Part shown: in pieces, positions 33,822 to 43,197 of the stretch
Layout of the letters: every line of letters begins with the position of its first letter
How positions within the stretch are numbered: position 1 is the stretch's first letter
Assembly: GCA_040879175.1 (NCBI GenBank)
Contig: JBBDKW010000017.1
Span: 5,505 to 58,806, forward strand
From: Candidatus Saccharimonadales bacterium
Lineage (GTDB): Bacteria; Patescibacteriota; Saccharimonadia; Saccharimonadales; UBA10212
Direction: 5' to 3'
DNA length: 53,302 bases
Program-made: the position numbers and the translations under genes
Notes under the pieces: generated by a model
The model's database searches: none
What the model was told of the DNA's origin: nothing
Seen by the model: the letters and a program-made list of their open reading frames with translations, nothing else

Positions 33822-34571
33822 ATGAGAAAAAAATCGGTCGCCAGTAAAGCCGGGAAAATGAGTCCCATGCAAGCACTGCTGACGGCACTCAGTGACGACC
33901 TAGCCCTGCCGCTGCTTCAAGTCAAATCCAACCTCGAGGTCCTGGAAAACGACGGTTTTAGCAAAAAAACCACCCGTAATTCGGCCGAGCAGATGCTACT
34001 GAGCGTCGAAAACGGCCTGCAGCTGGTTGAAGCCTACAAACTAACACTTAGAATCAATCACAGCATAGAAACATTAGCCTTTGAGCCGGTAGCCATCGGC
34101 GCCGTCCTGCAGGATGTGGCTCACCAACTAACACCATATGCCAAAAAGTACGCCACCGATCTACAGGTTGATGTATCCGGCAAGCTGACGCCGGTTCTGA
34201 CCCATCAACCGAGCTTGCATATTGCCATTCAGATACTCTCTGCCAGCCTAATTCGGGCTCAAACCGCCCAAGTACAACAAAAGCGCTATAGGCTGTTGCT
34301 GGGTGCTCGTCGTAGCTCAGAAAGCGTGATTTCTACCGGGGTTTACAGCAGTATCGAGGGCCTAAGCGACAAAACCCTGCGTAGTGCCCGCTCGTTGGCC
34401 GGCCAGGCCCGCCAGCCGCTACCGTCGTTACCGCCGGGCGCTGCAAGCGGAGTACTGATAGCCGATATGCTCTGTAGCACGATGTGGCAGCCGCTGCGAG
34501 CGGCAGCCCACAGTGGTATGCACGGCCTAGCCACCGCCATCCCCGTTAGCAAACAATTACAATTCGTGTGA
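33822..34571 (+). CDS. Degenerate histidine-kinase-like protein (no H-box His, no G1/G2 boxes)
   Basis: I prefer ATG 33822, with GAGGG upstream, over TTG 33804. LSDDLALPL sits where SHELRTPL is expected. LHIAIQILSASLIR sits where the N-box is expected. GAASGVLIADML sits where G2 is expected. Confidence 0.4.
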   Translation: MRKKSVASKAGKMSPMQALLTALSDDLALPLLQVKSNLEVLENDGFSKKTTRNSAEQMLLSVENGLQLVEAYKLTLRINHSIETLAFEPVAIGAVLQDVAHQLTPYAKKYATDLQVDVSGKLTPVLTHQPSLHIAIQILSASLIRAQTAQVQQKRYRLLLGARRSSESVISTGVYSSIEGLSDKTLRSARSLAGQARQPLPSLPPGAASGVLIADMLCSTMWQPLRAAAHSGMHGLATAIPVSKQLQFV

Positions 34572-34957
34572 TGTCGCGAATTTTATTAATTGAATCTGAC
34601 CGTCTAATCGCTGCCAACGTAATGAAGGTGTTAAAAAAAGCCGGTTACGAGGCTGACTGGCAAGTCGACCCGCAAACGGCTCTAGACATTGCCGATAATG
34701 AGCTCCCGGGTTTAATCATTATCGACTTGGTTTTAGCCGGGCACGGCGGTATTGAATTCTTATATGAGTTCCGTAGCTACCCCGATTGGCAGGAGATACC
34801 GGTGGTGGTTTTTAGCAGTCTATCGGCCGAAGAGCTCAAGGAAGCGCTTGGCGGCTTCGACCACCTGAACGTTACTGGCTATCATTACAAACCAAGCACC
34901 TCCCTCGTCGAACTAGTCAGAACCGTCGAGCGCATACTACAACCAGTCTCGGGATGA
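34571..34957 (+). CDS. Stand-alone response-regulator receiver (CheY-like) protein
   Basis: LLIESD, the phospho-acceptor context LIIIDLVL, VVVFSS and YKPS (the conserved Lys) are present. The start overlaps the upstream stop (TGATG, or GTGA if it starts at 34568). Confidence 0.75.
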   Translation: MSRILLIESDRLIAANVMKVLKKAGYEADWQVDPQTALDIADNELPGLIIIDLVLAGHGGIEFLYEFRSYPDWQEIPVVVFSSLSAEELKEALGGFDHLNVTGYHYKPSTSLVELVRTVERILQPVSG

Positions 34958-35646
34958 GACAATTTACGACACAGGGAATCATCCTAACACGGACAGACTT
35001 TGGGGAGGCTGATAGAATACTAAGTTTTATCACTCCCGATCACGGCAAGGTAAAAGCCATCGCCAAAGGCGTACGAAAGTCAAAAGCCAAATTAGCCGGC
35101 GCGGTTGAGCTTTTTAGCGTCAGCGAGCTGACGATGGTTGTCGGGCGGGGCGAGATTAATACCTTGATTTCCGCCCGCCTCGCCCGACATTACGGCCAAA
35201 TCGTCAAAGACATCGACCGCACAAACGCCGCCTATGAAGTTCTACGGATACTAAACAAAGCCACCGAAGACAAAACCGAAGAAGCCTATTTCACACTTTT
35301 GGATAATGCGCTAGCCGGCCTCAACGACGTAAATATCCCGTCCGAGCTAACGGATCTATGGTTTAAGATGCAGCTTTTGAAGCTAACCGGCCACACTCCA
35401 AATCTCAAGACCGACGAAGCCGGTAAAAAACTTTCGGAGTCTCAATCTTACAATTTCGACTACGAAAAAATGAGATTTACTTCGAGCGAAAACGGCGAGT
35501 TCAATGCCGATCAGATAAAATTCTTGCGGCTAGGTTTCGGCAACAATTCACCAAAAGCTTTATCTCGAATAACGAGCGTCGGAGAGTTAGCTAAAAATTC
35601 CCAGCAATTTGTACAAACCGCGCTCCAATCTCACGTCCGGATTTAG
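34954..35646 (+). CDS. recO: DNA repair protein RecO
   Basis: 230 aa. The N-terminal OB-fold pattern GIILTRTDFGEADRILSFITPDHGKVKAIAKGVRKSK is typical of RecO. The start overlaps the receiver stop (ATGA). Confidence 0.85.
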   Translation: MRQFTTQGIILTRTDFGEADRILSFITPDHGKVKAIAKGVRKSKAKLAGAVELFSVSELTMVVGRGEINTLISARLARHYGQIVKDIDRTNAAYEVLRILNKATEDKTEEAYFTLLDNALAGLNDVNIPSELTDLWFKMQLLKLTGHTPNLKTDEAGKKLSESQSYNFDYEKMRFTSSENGEFNADQIKFLRLGFGNNSPKALSRITSVGELAKNSQQFVQTALQSHVRI

Positions 35647-35659
35647 ATCTTCTGTGGGC

Positions 35660-36754
35660 TCAGTGCCGTCCAGCAGTAGCGTTGAAATAGTGTATGGCTC
35701 CAATCACCCAGAGTTGTAGCCTGTTGCCGTTCCTCGAACCGTCCTCGGCATCAACAAGTTCCCAATAATTACCGTCGCTATTACAATAGCTTACTACCCG
35801 CCGAGCAACCTCTTGAGCTTGCATTAGCCGATGTTCTTTAGCTGCTGCATGCATCAGAGCCTGTTCATGCGGCCATACATACTTGGTATGGTAGTTGTCG
35901 CTGTTACCGTTTATGGGTATTCCTGCACGGTAACCGAAGGTTGTTCCCAAGGGTCTCATATATTCTTCAATTCCTTCTGCCGCATCCGATGGTAAAGATT
36001 CCGATGCGGGCTTAATATATAAAAGAGCGTGTAGTGAATCACTGCTTGGCGGGTCAATAACTTCATTAGCGGTAACGGCTGTCACAAAGTGGCCATCTAG
36101 CCATAAACGATTTATTCCGGCCTGTTCCATATCGTCTGCCGTTTGTATCAAATTTGGCCGATTCATGACTCTGCCCATTGCTCTAAGAGCAGCAGCATTT
36201 TGAAAGTGGGCTAGAGTATAAATTATTGGATAAGCCGGTTCTTCCTGCCCGCCGTTTATAACTGAGTCTTTCCAGTAGGTAACTTTCAGAGCAAACCTAT
36301 CAGCTCCGGCTAGGCTGGGATCTTCTCTAAATAAGTTATCAAGACCAGTATGGCTATAAATGTATTCGAGAGCCGCCTCAATATTGGGGCCATAGGTTGA
36401 TAATAGTTCTGGCTTACCTGTCTCAACTAACCGAGCAATGGCTAGCAGTGTTAAAGCCGTGCTATCACAGGCATTGTAGGTTGTTTCTCTATCTCTATAA
36501 AAAACGCCCGGCCATTCATGATGAATTTTGCCGGGTTCTTCGCCTGTATATGGGTCTACCTTGTTACCTTGATGCTTAAAGGAGTGGGTAATCTGAGCCT
36601 CTAGCGCTTCTGCGTCGTCCGCCAAGATGCCAAAGGTAAGACTGTCTCGGGAAAAGTTACGCTGATAGCCTGGTTCAGCGGCTTTATAAATCGGTTGTAT
36701 CGGGGATTCAACAATGCGAAGTTTGACTAATGCCTCAGGGGCGTGAAGACTCAT
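35660..36754 (-). CDS. Six-hairpin (alpha/alpha)6 glycosidase-like protein (amylo-alpha-1,6-glucosidase / GDE_C-like)
   Basis: 364 aa. NACDSTALTLLAIARL and repeated aromatic-rich helical segments suggest an (alpha/alpha)6 barrel. This is a weak call. Confidence 0.4.
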   Translation of the reverse strand: MSLHAPEALVKLRIVESPIQPIYKAAEPGYQRNFSRDSLTFGILADDAEALEAQITHSFKHQGNKVDPYTGEEPGKIHHEWPGVFYRDRETTYNACDSTALTLLAIARLVETGKPELLSTYGPNIEAALEYIYSHTGLDNLFREDPSLAGADRFALKVTYWKDSVINGGQEEPAYPIIYTLAHFQNAAALRAMGRVMNRPNLIQTADDMEQAGINRLWLDGHFVTAVTANEVIDPPSSDSLHALLYIKPASESLPSDAAEGIEEYMRPLGTTFGYRAGIPINGNSDNYHTKYVWPHEQALMHAAAKEHRLMQAQEVARRVVSYCNSDGNYWELVDAEDGSRNGNRLQLWVIGAIHYFNATAGRH

Positions 36755-36863
36755 CAGTATTTTTTATGTTATGCAATTTACTATAATGAAAATCAACATA
36801 TATGTAAAGGACGCTGCCTGAAAGTGGTCGAAAAAAGGCAAAGCGTCTATAATCTTGCTTAAG

Positions 36864-38180
36864 ATGAGTGTGAAATTGGAAGATATTGTTAGCTTGTGTA
36901 AGCGACGGGGGTTTATTTATCAAGGCAGCGAAATTTACGGCGGCCTGGCCGGTACTTACGACTACGGCCCACTTGGTACGGCGCTTAAACGCAATATCCG
37001 TGATGAGTGGCTGAAATTTTTCGTCGACGGCTGGGACGACATGTACCTAATGGATACCGCCATTTTGATGAACAAAAAAGTCTGGGAGGCCAGCGGCCAC
37101 GTCGAAACTTTCCACGACCCGCTTGTGGAATGTAGTAACTGCCACATGCGCTTTAGGGCTGACCAAGTCGAAGACAAATGCCCGAACTGTGGCAAAGAGA
37201 ACACCTTCGGCAAGCCGCGCCAGTTCAATATGATGTTTAAGACCCAAGTCGGACCGGTAGAAGACGAGAAAAACATTACATACCTACGACCGGAAACGGC
37301 ACAAGGGATGTTCGTGAACTTCAAGAATATTTTAGACAGCTACCAGCCCGACCTGCCGTTCGGTATCGCTCAAGTTGGTAAATCGTTTAGGAACGAAATC
37401 AGCCCACGCGACTTTTTGTTCCGCACTCGTGAGTTCGAAATTATGGAATTCGAGTTCTTTATAAAACCGGAAGATAGTAATAAATACTTCGAAAAATGGC
37501 GCGGCGATATGCACGGCTGGTTCAAACACCTTGGTTTGCCGGCCGAAAAGATTAAGGAAGTCGAGATGCCCGAAGAAGACCGTGCTCATTATTCAAAACG
37601 CACCATTGATTTCGAATTTGATTTTCCTTTCGGCAAAGGTGAGATAGCCGGGTTGGCCGACCGTGGCGATTTTGATCTCTCAAGCCATGAAAAATCAGGT
37701 ACGAATATGAAATATCAGCCCAAGGACGGCAGCGCTGCCTTTGTCCCACACGTCATCGAGCCCACATGGGGCTTGGACCGCCATGTCTTTGCTGTGCTGG
37801 CTAATGCTTATTCAGAAGACGAGCAAGGTGGCGAGAAGCGCGTCTTCCTAAAACTGCCGGCAAAACTAGCACCCGTTAAGGTCGCTGTTTTTCCGCTTCT
37901 AAAAAACAAGCCCGAGCTGGTCAAAAAAGCTCGTGAAGTTTATGAGAAGCTCAAAAAACAAGATGAGGAAGGAATGCTCGGGCCTCGAACCGCAGGTACT
38001 GTGGCCTGGGACGACAACGGCAACATCGGCAAGCGCTACCGCCGCCAAGACGAAATTGGCACTCCGCATTGCATCACCATCGACTTCCAAACTCTCGACG
38101 ACGATACAGTAACCGTCCGCAACCGCGACACAACTGAACAGAAACGAGCACTAATCAACGAGCTAACTAAAGAGCTGTAG
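36864..38180 (+). CDS. glyQS: Glycine--tRNA ligase (homodimeric GlyQS type)
   Basis: I prefer ATG 36864. RRGFIYQGSEIYGGLAGTYDYGPLG, the Cys-rich insertion CSNC...CPNC and the class II motifs are present. Confidence 0.93.
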   Translation: MSVKLEDIVSLCKRRGFIYQGSEIYGGLAGTYDYGPLGTALKRNIRDEWLKFFVDGWDDMYLMDTAILMNKKVWEASGHVETFHDPLVECSNCHMRFRADQVEDKCPNCGKENTFGKPRQFNMMFKTQVGPVEDEKNITYLRPETAQGMFVNFKNILDSYQPDLPFGIAQVGKSFRNEISPRDFLFRTREFEIMEFEFFIKPEDSNKYFEKWRGDMHGWFKHLGLPAEKIKEVEMPEEDRAHYSKRTIDFEFDFPFGKGEIAGLADRGDFDLSSHEKSGTNMKYQPKDGSAAFVPHVIEPTWGLDRHVFAVLANAYSEDEQGGEKRVFLKLPAKLAPVKVAVFPLLKNKPELVKKAREVYEKLKKQDEEGMLGPRTAGTVAWDDNGNIGKRYRRQDEIGTPHCITIDFQTLDDDTVTVRNRDTTEQKRALINELTKEL

Positions 38181-38184
38181 TGTT

Positions 38185-38709
38185 ATGGAGAAAGAGCCAG
38201 AACAAATGCTATCAAGGCAACACCAGCTCGTAGCAGGATATATTGTTTACTCAGATATCAAACTTGCTGGACTACCCGAGTCAATTCATTTAGGTGGTGA
38301 AAAGCTTCTAAAGAAGAACGAATTTCACATAACGATCATAAATACCGAAGAAATTGCCAAGCTCATTGATCCCGGAAATTCTCAGCGGACTAAGACTGAA
38401 ATAATTACGCAATGCCAGGGCTTCATAGAAAAAAATAAGCTAAATAAATTTAAATTACTTGATCAGTTTCGTGCTGTTCAAAAAGATGTCCGGAAAACCA
38501 TTGTCGTAATGTGTGAATTTCCCGACGGGGAAGAGTTTTTTGCCCATTTGAATAAAAAATACAAAAAATCTCTACCAATTCAGCCCTTTCATGTAACTCT
38601 CTACAGCCTTGATCCTGATGTGGGTATTGGCATTGCCTCTAACGATCAACTTGATGAAATTTCACGAGCAGTTATTATCCCTGAGCTGGCTAACATAAAA
38701 CCGGCTTAA
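38185..38709 (+). CDS. 2H phosphoesterase superfamily protein (LigT / cyclic phosphodiesterase-like)
   Basis: 174 aa with two H-x-T-x motifs at the canonical spacing (EFHITII and PFHVTLY). It starts 4 nt after glyQS. Confidence 0.5.
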   Translation: MEKEPEQMLSRQHQLVAGYIVYSDIKLAGLPESIHLGGEKLLKKNEFHITIINTEEIAKLIDPGNSQRTKTEIITQCQGFIEKNKLNKFKLLDQFRAVQKDVRKTIVVMCEFPDGEEFFAHLNKKYKKSLPIQPFHVTLYSLDPDVGIGIASNDQLDEISRAVIIPELANIKPA

Positions 38710-38720
38710 AATAAGACCAA

Positions 38721-39299
38721 ATGAAAAACGTAATAATCGTTCATGGATGCCCGTCAGATGCGGAAAAAGCTATGGACCCCGAAAGAAGAACCTACGACAA
38801 GCATTGGATGCCATGGCTTCAAAGGAAATTGATATCAAGAGGCATCGCCACAGAAAGACCATTAATGCCAGAGCCATGGACGCCAGTTTATGAAAAAATT
38901 AAGAAAGAATTTGAAAAATACGAAGTCAACAACGACACAATACTAGTCGGTCACAGCTGCGGTTGCGCCTTTTTGGTCAGGTGGCTCGGTGAGTCCAAAG
39001 CCAGAATTGCCAAGTTGATTTTAGTCGCACCGTGGAAAATACCGGATGAAAGACATACTGCCCGAAAGGAATTTTACGGATTCACAATCGATAAAACGAT
39101 ACCGTCTAGGGTTAAAAAAATCGTTATGTTTATTTCAGACGATGAAGTTGAAGATGGAAAAATGAGCCTAGAGATTTATCACAAGAGTCTGGGTGGGAAA
39201 ATTATCACTCTCAAGGGTCGGGGCCACTTCACCTTAAACGATATGAAGACCGAGGAATTCCCAGAACTTCTTAAAGAATGCCTAAAAAGGAACGCTTAA
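38721..39299 (+). CDS. Alpha/beta serine hydrolase (YdeN/RBBP9-like)
   Basis: 192 aa. VIIVHGCPSD is present, with nucleophile elbow LVGHSCG and a C-terminal GRGHF. Confidence 0.6.
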   Translation: MKNVIIVHGCPSDAEKAMDPERRTYDKHWMPWLQRKLISRGIATERPLMPEPWTPVYEKIKKEFEKYEVNNDTILVGHSCGCAFLVRWLGESKARIAKLILVAPWKIPDERHTARKEFYGFTIDKTIPSRVKKIVMFISDDEVEDGKMSLEIYHKSLGGKIITLKGRGHFTLNDMKTEEFPELLKECLKRNA

Positions 39300-39355
39300 C
39301 AAGTTAAGTAATTCATTGTATACTAACTTTTTAACGAAGAGTTCTGGAGTACTTT

Positions 39356-39598
39356 GTGGCTAAAGAAGAGTTTATAGGTCGTGCAGAGGTCAACGGTCGC
39401 GTCATTGTCGACGGGATTACGACCATTTTCCTTAAACCTGAAGTAGTAACTGATCCTCCCGAACCGAACTCGGAAAGAGCCAAGGAAATAGCTAGGAACG
39501 TTTTTAGCATGATGAAGGCGGAATCAGCTATCAGAAGCAGAAAGCCTAGGGCTAAAATAGACACTTTCTATGATGACCATGATTTAACTAGGTTATAG
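39356..39598 (+). CDS. Hypothetical protein
   Basis: 80-aa ORF with a GTG start. A promoter-like TTAACA, 17 nt, TATACT lies upstream. An antisense ORF of similar size also exists. Confidence 0.35.
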   Translation: MAKEEFIGRAEVNGRVIVDGITTIFLKPEVVTDPPEPNSERAKEIARNVFSMMKAESAIRSRKPRAKIDTFYDDHDLTRL

Positions 39599-39661
39599 AA
39601 AGTCTTGGGCAGAGCACGGAGCCTTGAGCCCAACGGGAATGCCCAATAAAACAAGTAACTT

Positions 39662-39889
39662 ATGAATGTTGCAGTACGAGTGAAGCCGGGGAGTAAAAAG
39701 GGTCCGTTGGTGCAGCCGGCGATTGACGGCTCACTGCTTGTTTACGTTCGTGAACCAGCCGTAGAAGGCAAGGCTAACCAAGCGGTAACAGAGCTTTTAG
39801 CCGACTACTACAACGTTCCGAAAAGCAATGTGCAAATGATTGCCGGCTATAAATCGAGGCTGAAGCACTTCAAAATCACGGGGATTTAA
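39662..39889 (+). CDS. DUF167 / YggU family protein
   Basis: 75 aa. VRVKPGSKK...L.VYVREPAVEGKANQAV.ELLA....VPKS.V....G.KSR.K is YggU-like. Confidence 0.75.
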   Translation: MNVAVRVKPGSKKGPLVQPAIDGSLLVYVREPAVEGKANQAVTELLADYYNVPKSNVQMIAGYKSRLKHFKITGI

Positions 39890-39907
39890 AAGGAGTAAAA
39901 TAAAAGT

Positions 39908-40405
39908 ATGAGTATCAAACGCTTTTCGGCTCTAACGCTCAGTATTCTGGTGATTATCGGGGCAGGTTTATATGTCCTTGTACGCGATAACAACGGTGCT
40001 AATCAGACTTCTACAAAGAGTTCCGCTCCCACTACTGCCACAGCGAACTACTCGGGCAAGGGATTAACAGCCTTTCCAAAAGAAATTCTTGACCGCACAA
40101 ATCTGCTTTCTCTAGATCTTAGCAACAATAATCTGACAGGCGCATTACCGGCTGAAATCAAAAATTTGACCAAACTGGAAACACTTGATGTCAGCAACAA
40201 TGAAATGACCGGTATTCCGGCTGAAATCGGCCAAATGAAGAATCTCAAAGTTATTAATTATGCCAATAACAAGATTACCGGATTACCGCTGGAGCTCGGC
40301 AACCTAACCGGGTTGCAGGTACTTGACCTGCGTGGCAACGGCATCAGCCAATACGACCTAGGTCGTATACGTCCTAAACTGCCAAATACGGAAATCAAGC
40401 TATGA
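39908..40405 (+). CDS. Membrane-anchored leucine-rich-repeat protein
   Basis: 165 aa with an N-terminal TM helix and about five tandem 23-residue LRRs (LxxLDLSNNxLTGxLPAEIxNLTKL...). Confidence 0.75.
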   Translation: MSIKRFSALTLSILVIIGAGLYVLVRDNNGANQTSTKSSAPTTATANYSGKGLTAFPKEILDRTNLLSLDLSNNNLTGALPAEIKNLTKLETLDVSNNEMTGIPAEIGQMKNLKVINYANNKITGLPLELGNLTGLQVLDLRGNGISQYDLGRIRPKLPNTEIKL

Positions 40406-40665
40406 GCAAGCAATTTACAACCAAAGAAGCAGAAGAAATTGGCAATAAGATTGGGATTGACTGGAAGACAGTGGATTTAGAACAGTTCCGGCGTGGGCTG
40501 GAAGTGGAGTCTGAACACGGTAGCCAATGGGGAGAAAAAACCAACGTCACTAAAGACGATCCAGAAATCACCGGCCGTATCGCCTGGGCTCACCTCAAAG
40601 AAATCCCAGATTATTACACACGTCTGGACAAAATGGAATCCGAAGCCGAGACAGGGAATACTTGA
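40402..40665 (+). CDS. Conserved hypothetical protein (DUF5661-like)
   Basis: 87 aa. The start overlaps the LRR stop (ATGA). The motif is EHG...TNVT.DD...IAWAHLKEIPDYY. Confidence 0.5.
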   Translation: MSKQFTTKEAEEIGNKIGIDWKTVDLEQFRRGLEVESEHGSQWGEKTNVTKDDPEITGRIAWAHLKEIPDYYTRLDKMESEAETGNT

Positions 40666-40868
40666 CAAGTCAAGTAATTTGCAAAATCTCTCAAGATTTA
40701 TATTTCTATGGTCTCAGAGTATACTGAAAAGCATAAAAGGAGGTTTCACCAGCCGAAACTTTCATTACGAAATGCATCGGCTATCATAAGAGAATTAGCA
40801 AACTAAAAATCAACGTAGGTTATTACCACAGACATAACATAATTTTAATGAAAGTTTAGGAGGGTAAA

Positions 40869-41249
40869 ATGCTAGCAGATAAAACAGCAATAGCGACCAT
40901 TGCCGTCAAAGACATGGGCTCAGCCAAAAAATTTTATCAAGATACATTAGGTCTAAAAATCGAGCATGAGGACCCAGCCGGGACCAGCTACAAAAGTGGC
41001 AGCTCAAAACTGTTTGTTTATCCATCGGAGTTTGCCGGTTCTAACAAAGCAACAGCAGTCGCTTGGGGTGTAGGCGATGATTTGGATAAGATCGCGGCCG
41101 ACCTTAAAGCCAAAGGAGTGACTTTTGAGCAGTACGATAACTTGCCGGGTGTTACTCGCGAAGGCGACATTCATATTATGGGTGAGCTTAAAGCTGCCTG
41201 GTTTAAAGACCCGGACGGCAACATTCTCAACATCGTGAATATGATGTAA
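40869..41249 (+). CDS. VOC (glyoxalase/bleomycin-resistance/dioxygenase) family protein
   Basis: 126 aa. SD is AGGAGGG. The paired beta-alpha-beta-beta-beta pattern is present: IAVKDMGSAKKFYQDTLGL...FKDPDGNILNIV. Confidence 0.8.
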   Translation: MLADKTAIATIAVKDMGSAKKFYQDTLGLKIEHEDPAGTSYKSGSSKLFVYPSEFAGSNKATAVAWGVGDDLDKIAADLKAKGVTFEQYDNLPGVTREGDIHIMGELKAAWFKDPDGNILNIVNMM

Positions 41250-41831
41250 ATGGACCAGCAAAAAAGACAGCGTGTTTATGCGTTCATTGACAGCCAGAAC
41301 GTAAACGTCAGCACCCAAAAGTTCGGCTGGAAGATGGACTGGCGCAAATTCCGCCGTTTTTTGAACAATAAATATGGCGTTACCCAGGCTTATATGTTTA
41401 TTGGCTACGTGCCGGAATACGAAGATATGTACGAGTTTTTGCACGACGCCGGCTACTCGATTGTTTTAAAGCCGACAATCGACATGAGTCGGCCGCGCGA
41501 AACGATTGCCCAACCGCAGCCGGACTTGTCCTCCGAAGCCTCGGCGAAGGAGGAAGAAAAAAAGCCGGTGAAGGGTAACGTTGATGCCGAGCTGGTGCTA
41601 TGGGCTATGAAGGAGCTCAAAAACTACGACAAAGCCATCATTATCAGCGGCGACGGCGACTTCTACTGTTTGGCAGAGTACTTGGATAAGGAAGGCAAGC
41701 TTCTAAAGCTGATGCCACCCAATGTCCACTACTCAAGCTTATTTAAACCGTACGAAAAATACATCGACCACCTTGGCCACTACAAACGCGACCTTTCATA
41801 TCGAGATAGAAAACATACAAAGCGTACCTAG
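41250..41831 (+). CDS. NYN-domain (LabA/DUF88-like) putative RNase
   Basis: 193 aa. The ATG directly abuts the VOC stop. RVYAFIDSQNVN and IIISGDGDFYCLAEYL are NYN hallmarks. A low-complexity insert (PQPDLSSEASAKEEEKKP) is present. Confidence 0.7.
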   Translation: MDQQKRQRVYAFIDSQNVNVSTQKFGWKMDWRKFRRFLNNKYGVTQAYMFIGYVPEYEDMYEFLHDAGYSIVLKPTIDMSRPRETIAQPQPDLSSEASAKEEEKKPVKGNVDAELVLWAMKELKNYDKAIIISGDGDFYCLAEYLDKEGKLLKLMPPNVHYSSLFKPYEKYIDHLGHYKRDLSYRDRKHTKRT

Positions 41832-41859
41832 GGACGAAACAATTCGAATCATTCGTAAT

Positions 41860-43113
41860 TCAGAATTTATTAGAGGAAGTAATTGGAACAGCTCCAAGAA
41901 GGACCTGGTTCTTTTTCCAGGTGACTCTTCTAGTTGACATAAATTCATCGGGTAATCGAAGTATCTCGATAAGGTCGTACTCTGATCCCCCTATGTATTC
42001 ATCAACGCCTAGAGATTCGGCAGTTTCTTTTAATTTTTCAATTGTCAGACCTGGCTTGTGAGTCTGTAATGCTTCGACCAGTTCTGTTAAAGGTAGCCTT
42101 TCTGCACTAAACTCAACTCTAGCCGTATATAGGCCTTCCGGGAGTAATACATCCAGTAACTTATAGTGCGCGAATCGTCTTATGATTTCAAAAGGGGTTT
42201 TTGAGCCGCTTAATACTTCGACAGGCAGCCTAAATTCATCTAGCCACTCCTGTATTTCTTTACCAAGCTGAAGATTTCGTTCTTGCCAAGCCGTGGCCCT
42301 TTGCTCATATGCTGTTTTAACTAATCCTTGGAAATTCGTGAGCTGTTTGAAATGCATACGTACCGATGAAGATGACGGACCAAGCCCCCGCTGCGAGAAA
42401 AAATCTATAGCCTTTTGGCTAGGTTGATAACCTTGATTGGCCTTCATAAACTTAACACCCCAGTCTATGTAGTCTTTTTCGCCCCAATTTGCGATTACAA
42501 CATAGCCAGCTGCTTCCAGGGCGTTACCATAATTACCAAATCGAGTTGATATTTGATATTCACTTGGGCTTAAAGAGTTTCGAAGTGACTCATTACGAAG
42601 ATCGTCGCGTGTTGGCCTACGACCCAACCTAGATCCTATGCGTCTTATATAATCTAAATAATCTTGGTCGTCCCAGTCGTTAAAAAAGTCTGGGCCTCTT
42701 CGAAAGTGGGCGGTATCAATGTTTAGAGTGCGGTAATAGTTGTTCGTGTTTTTGAACCCAGCGGTTTTAATAAGTCTGTATGGATTAGGGCCAATACCTA
42801 AGTCCCTAGCCCTGGTAAGTGTTTTTTCATTGATCGCCTTGCTTTTTCGGTTTGGCGGAGGCGCAGTGACACTTACTAACCACCGACCATAAGAAATAAA
42901 ATCGTCCCTCTCCCAGCTAGCGGCGTCTAGACCCCTCGATTTAGTTGGTAAATTAGATACCCCATTTCTAAGTAAGTCCCCTAAATTCTCAATATCGGCC
43001 GGGTTTCCGCCTGCTTCAATATGAGCACCAAGCGCAACCTTTCCGAGAAGAAGCACCCCGCTACCTATATCGTAATAATATTCGGCTCTACTAATCTTGC
43101 CCACAGCACACAT
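41860..43113 (-). CDS. Hypothetical protein with about three internal repeats resembling homing-endonuclease-associated repeats
   Basis: 417 aa. The recurring pattern is W..(D/E)D(F/Y)I.....(G/L).P....(F/L)....G....(A/L)...AG(F/Y). It is AT-rich and convergent with the NYN gene. Confidence 0.55.
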   Translation of the reverse strand: MCAVGKISRAEYYYDIGSGVLLLGKVALGAHIEAGGNPADIENLGDLLRNGVSNLPTKSRGLDAASWERDDFISYGRWLVSVTAPPPNRKSKAINEKTLTRARDLGIGPNPYRLIKTAGFKNTNNYYRTLNIDTAHFRRGPDFFNDWDDQDYLDYIRRIGSRLGRRPTRDDLRNESLRNSLSPSEYQISTRFGNYGNALEAAGYVVIANWGEKDYIDWGVKFMKANQGYQPSQKAIDFFSQRGLGPSSSSVRMHFKQLTNFQGLVKTAYEQRATAWQERNLQLGKEIQEWLDEFRLPVEVLSGSKTPFEIIRRFAHYKLLDVLLPEGLYTARVEFSAERLPLTELVEALQTHKPGLTIEKLKETAESLGVDEYIGGSEYDLIEILRLPDEFMSTRRVTWKKNQVLLGAVPITSSNKF

Positions 43114-43197
43114 TTTATAAGATTACTAAAGAATGTTTAAATAAGCGTAAATAAATTACTGAGGTATATTGTGTGAGGAGTAGAATAAAAAATAGCT

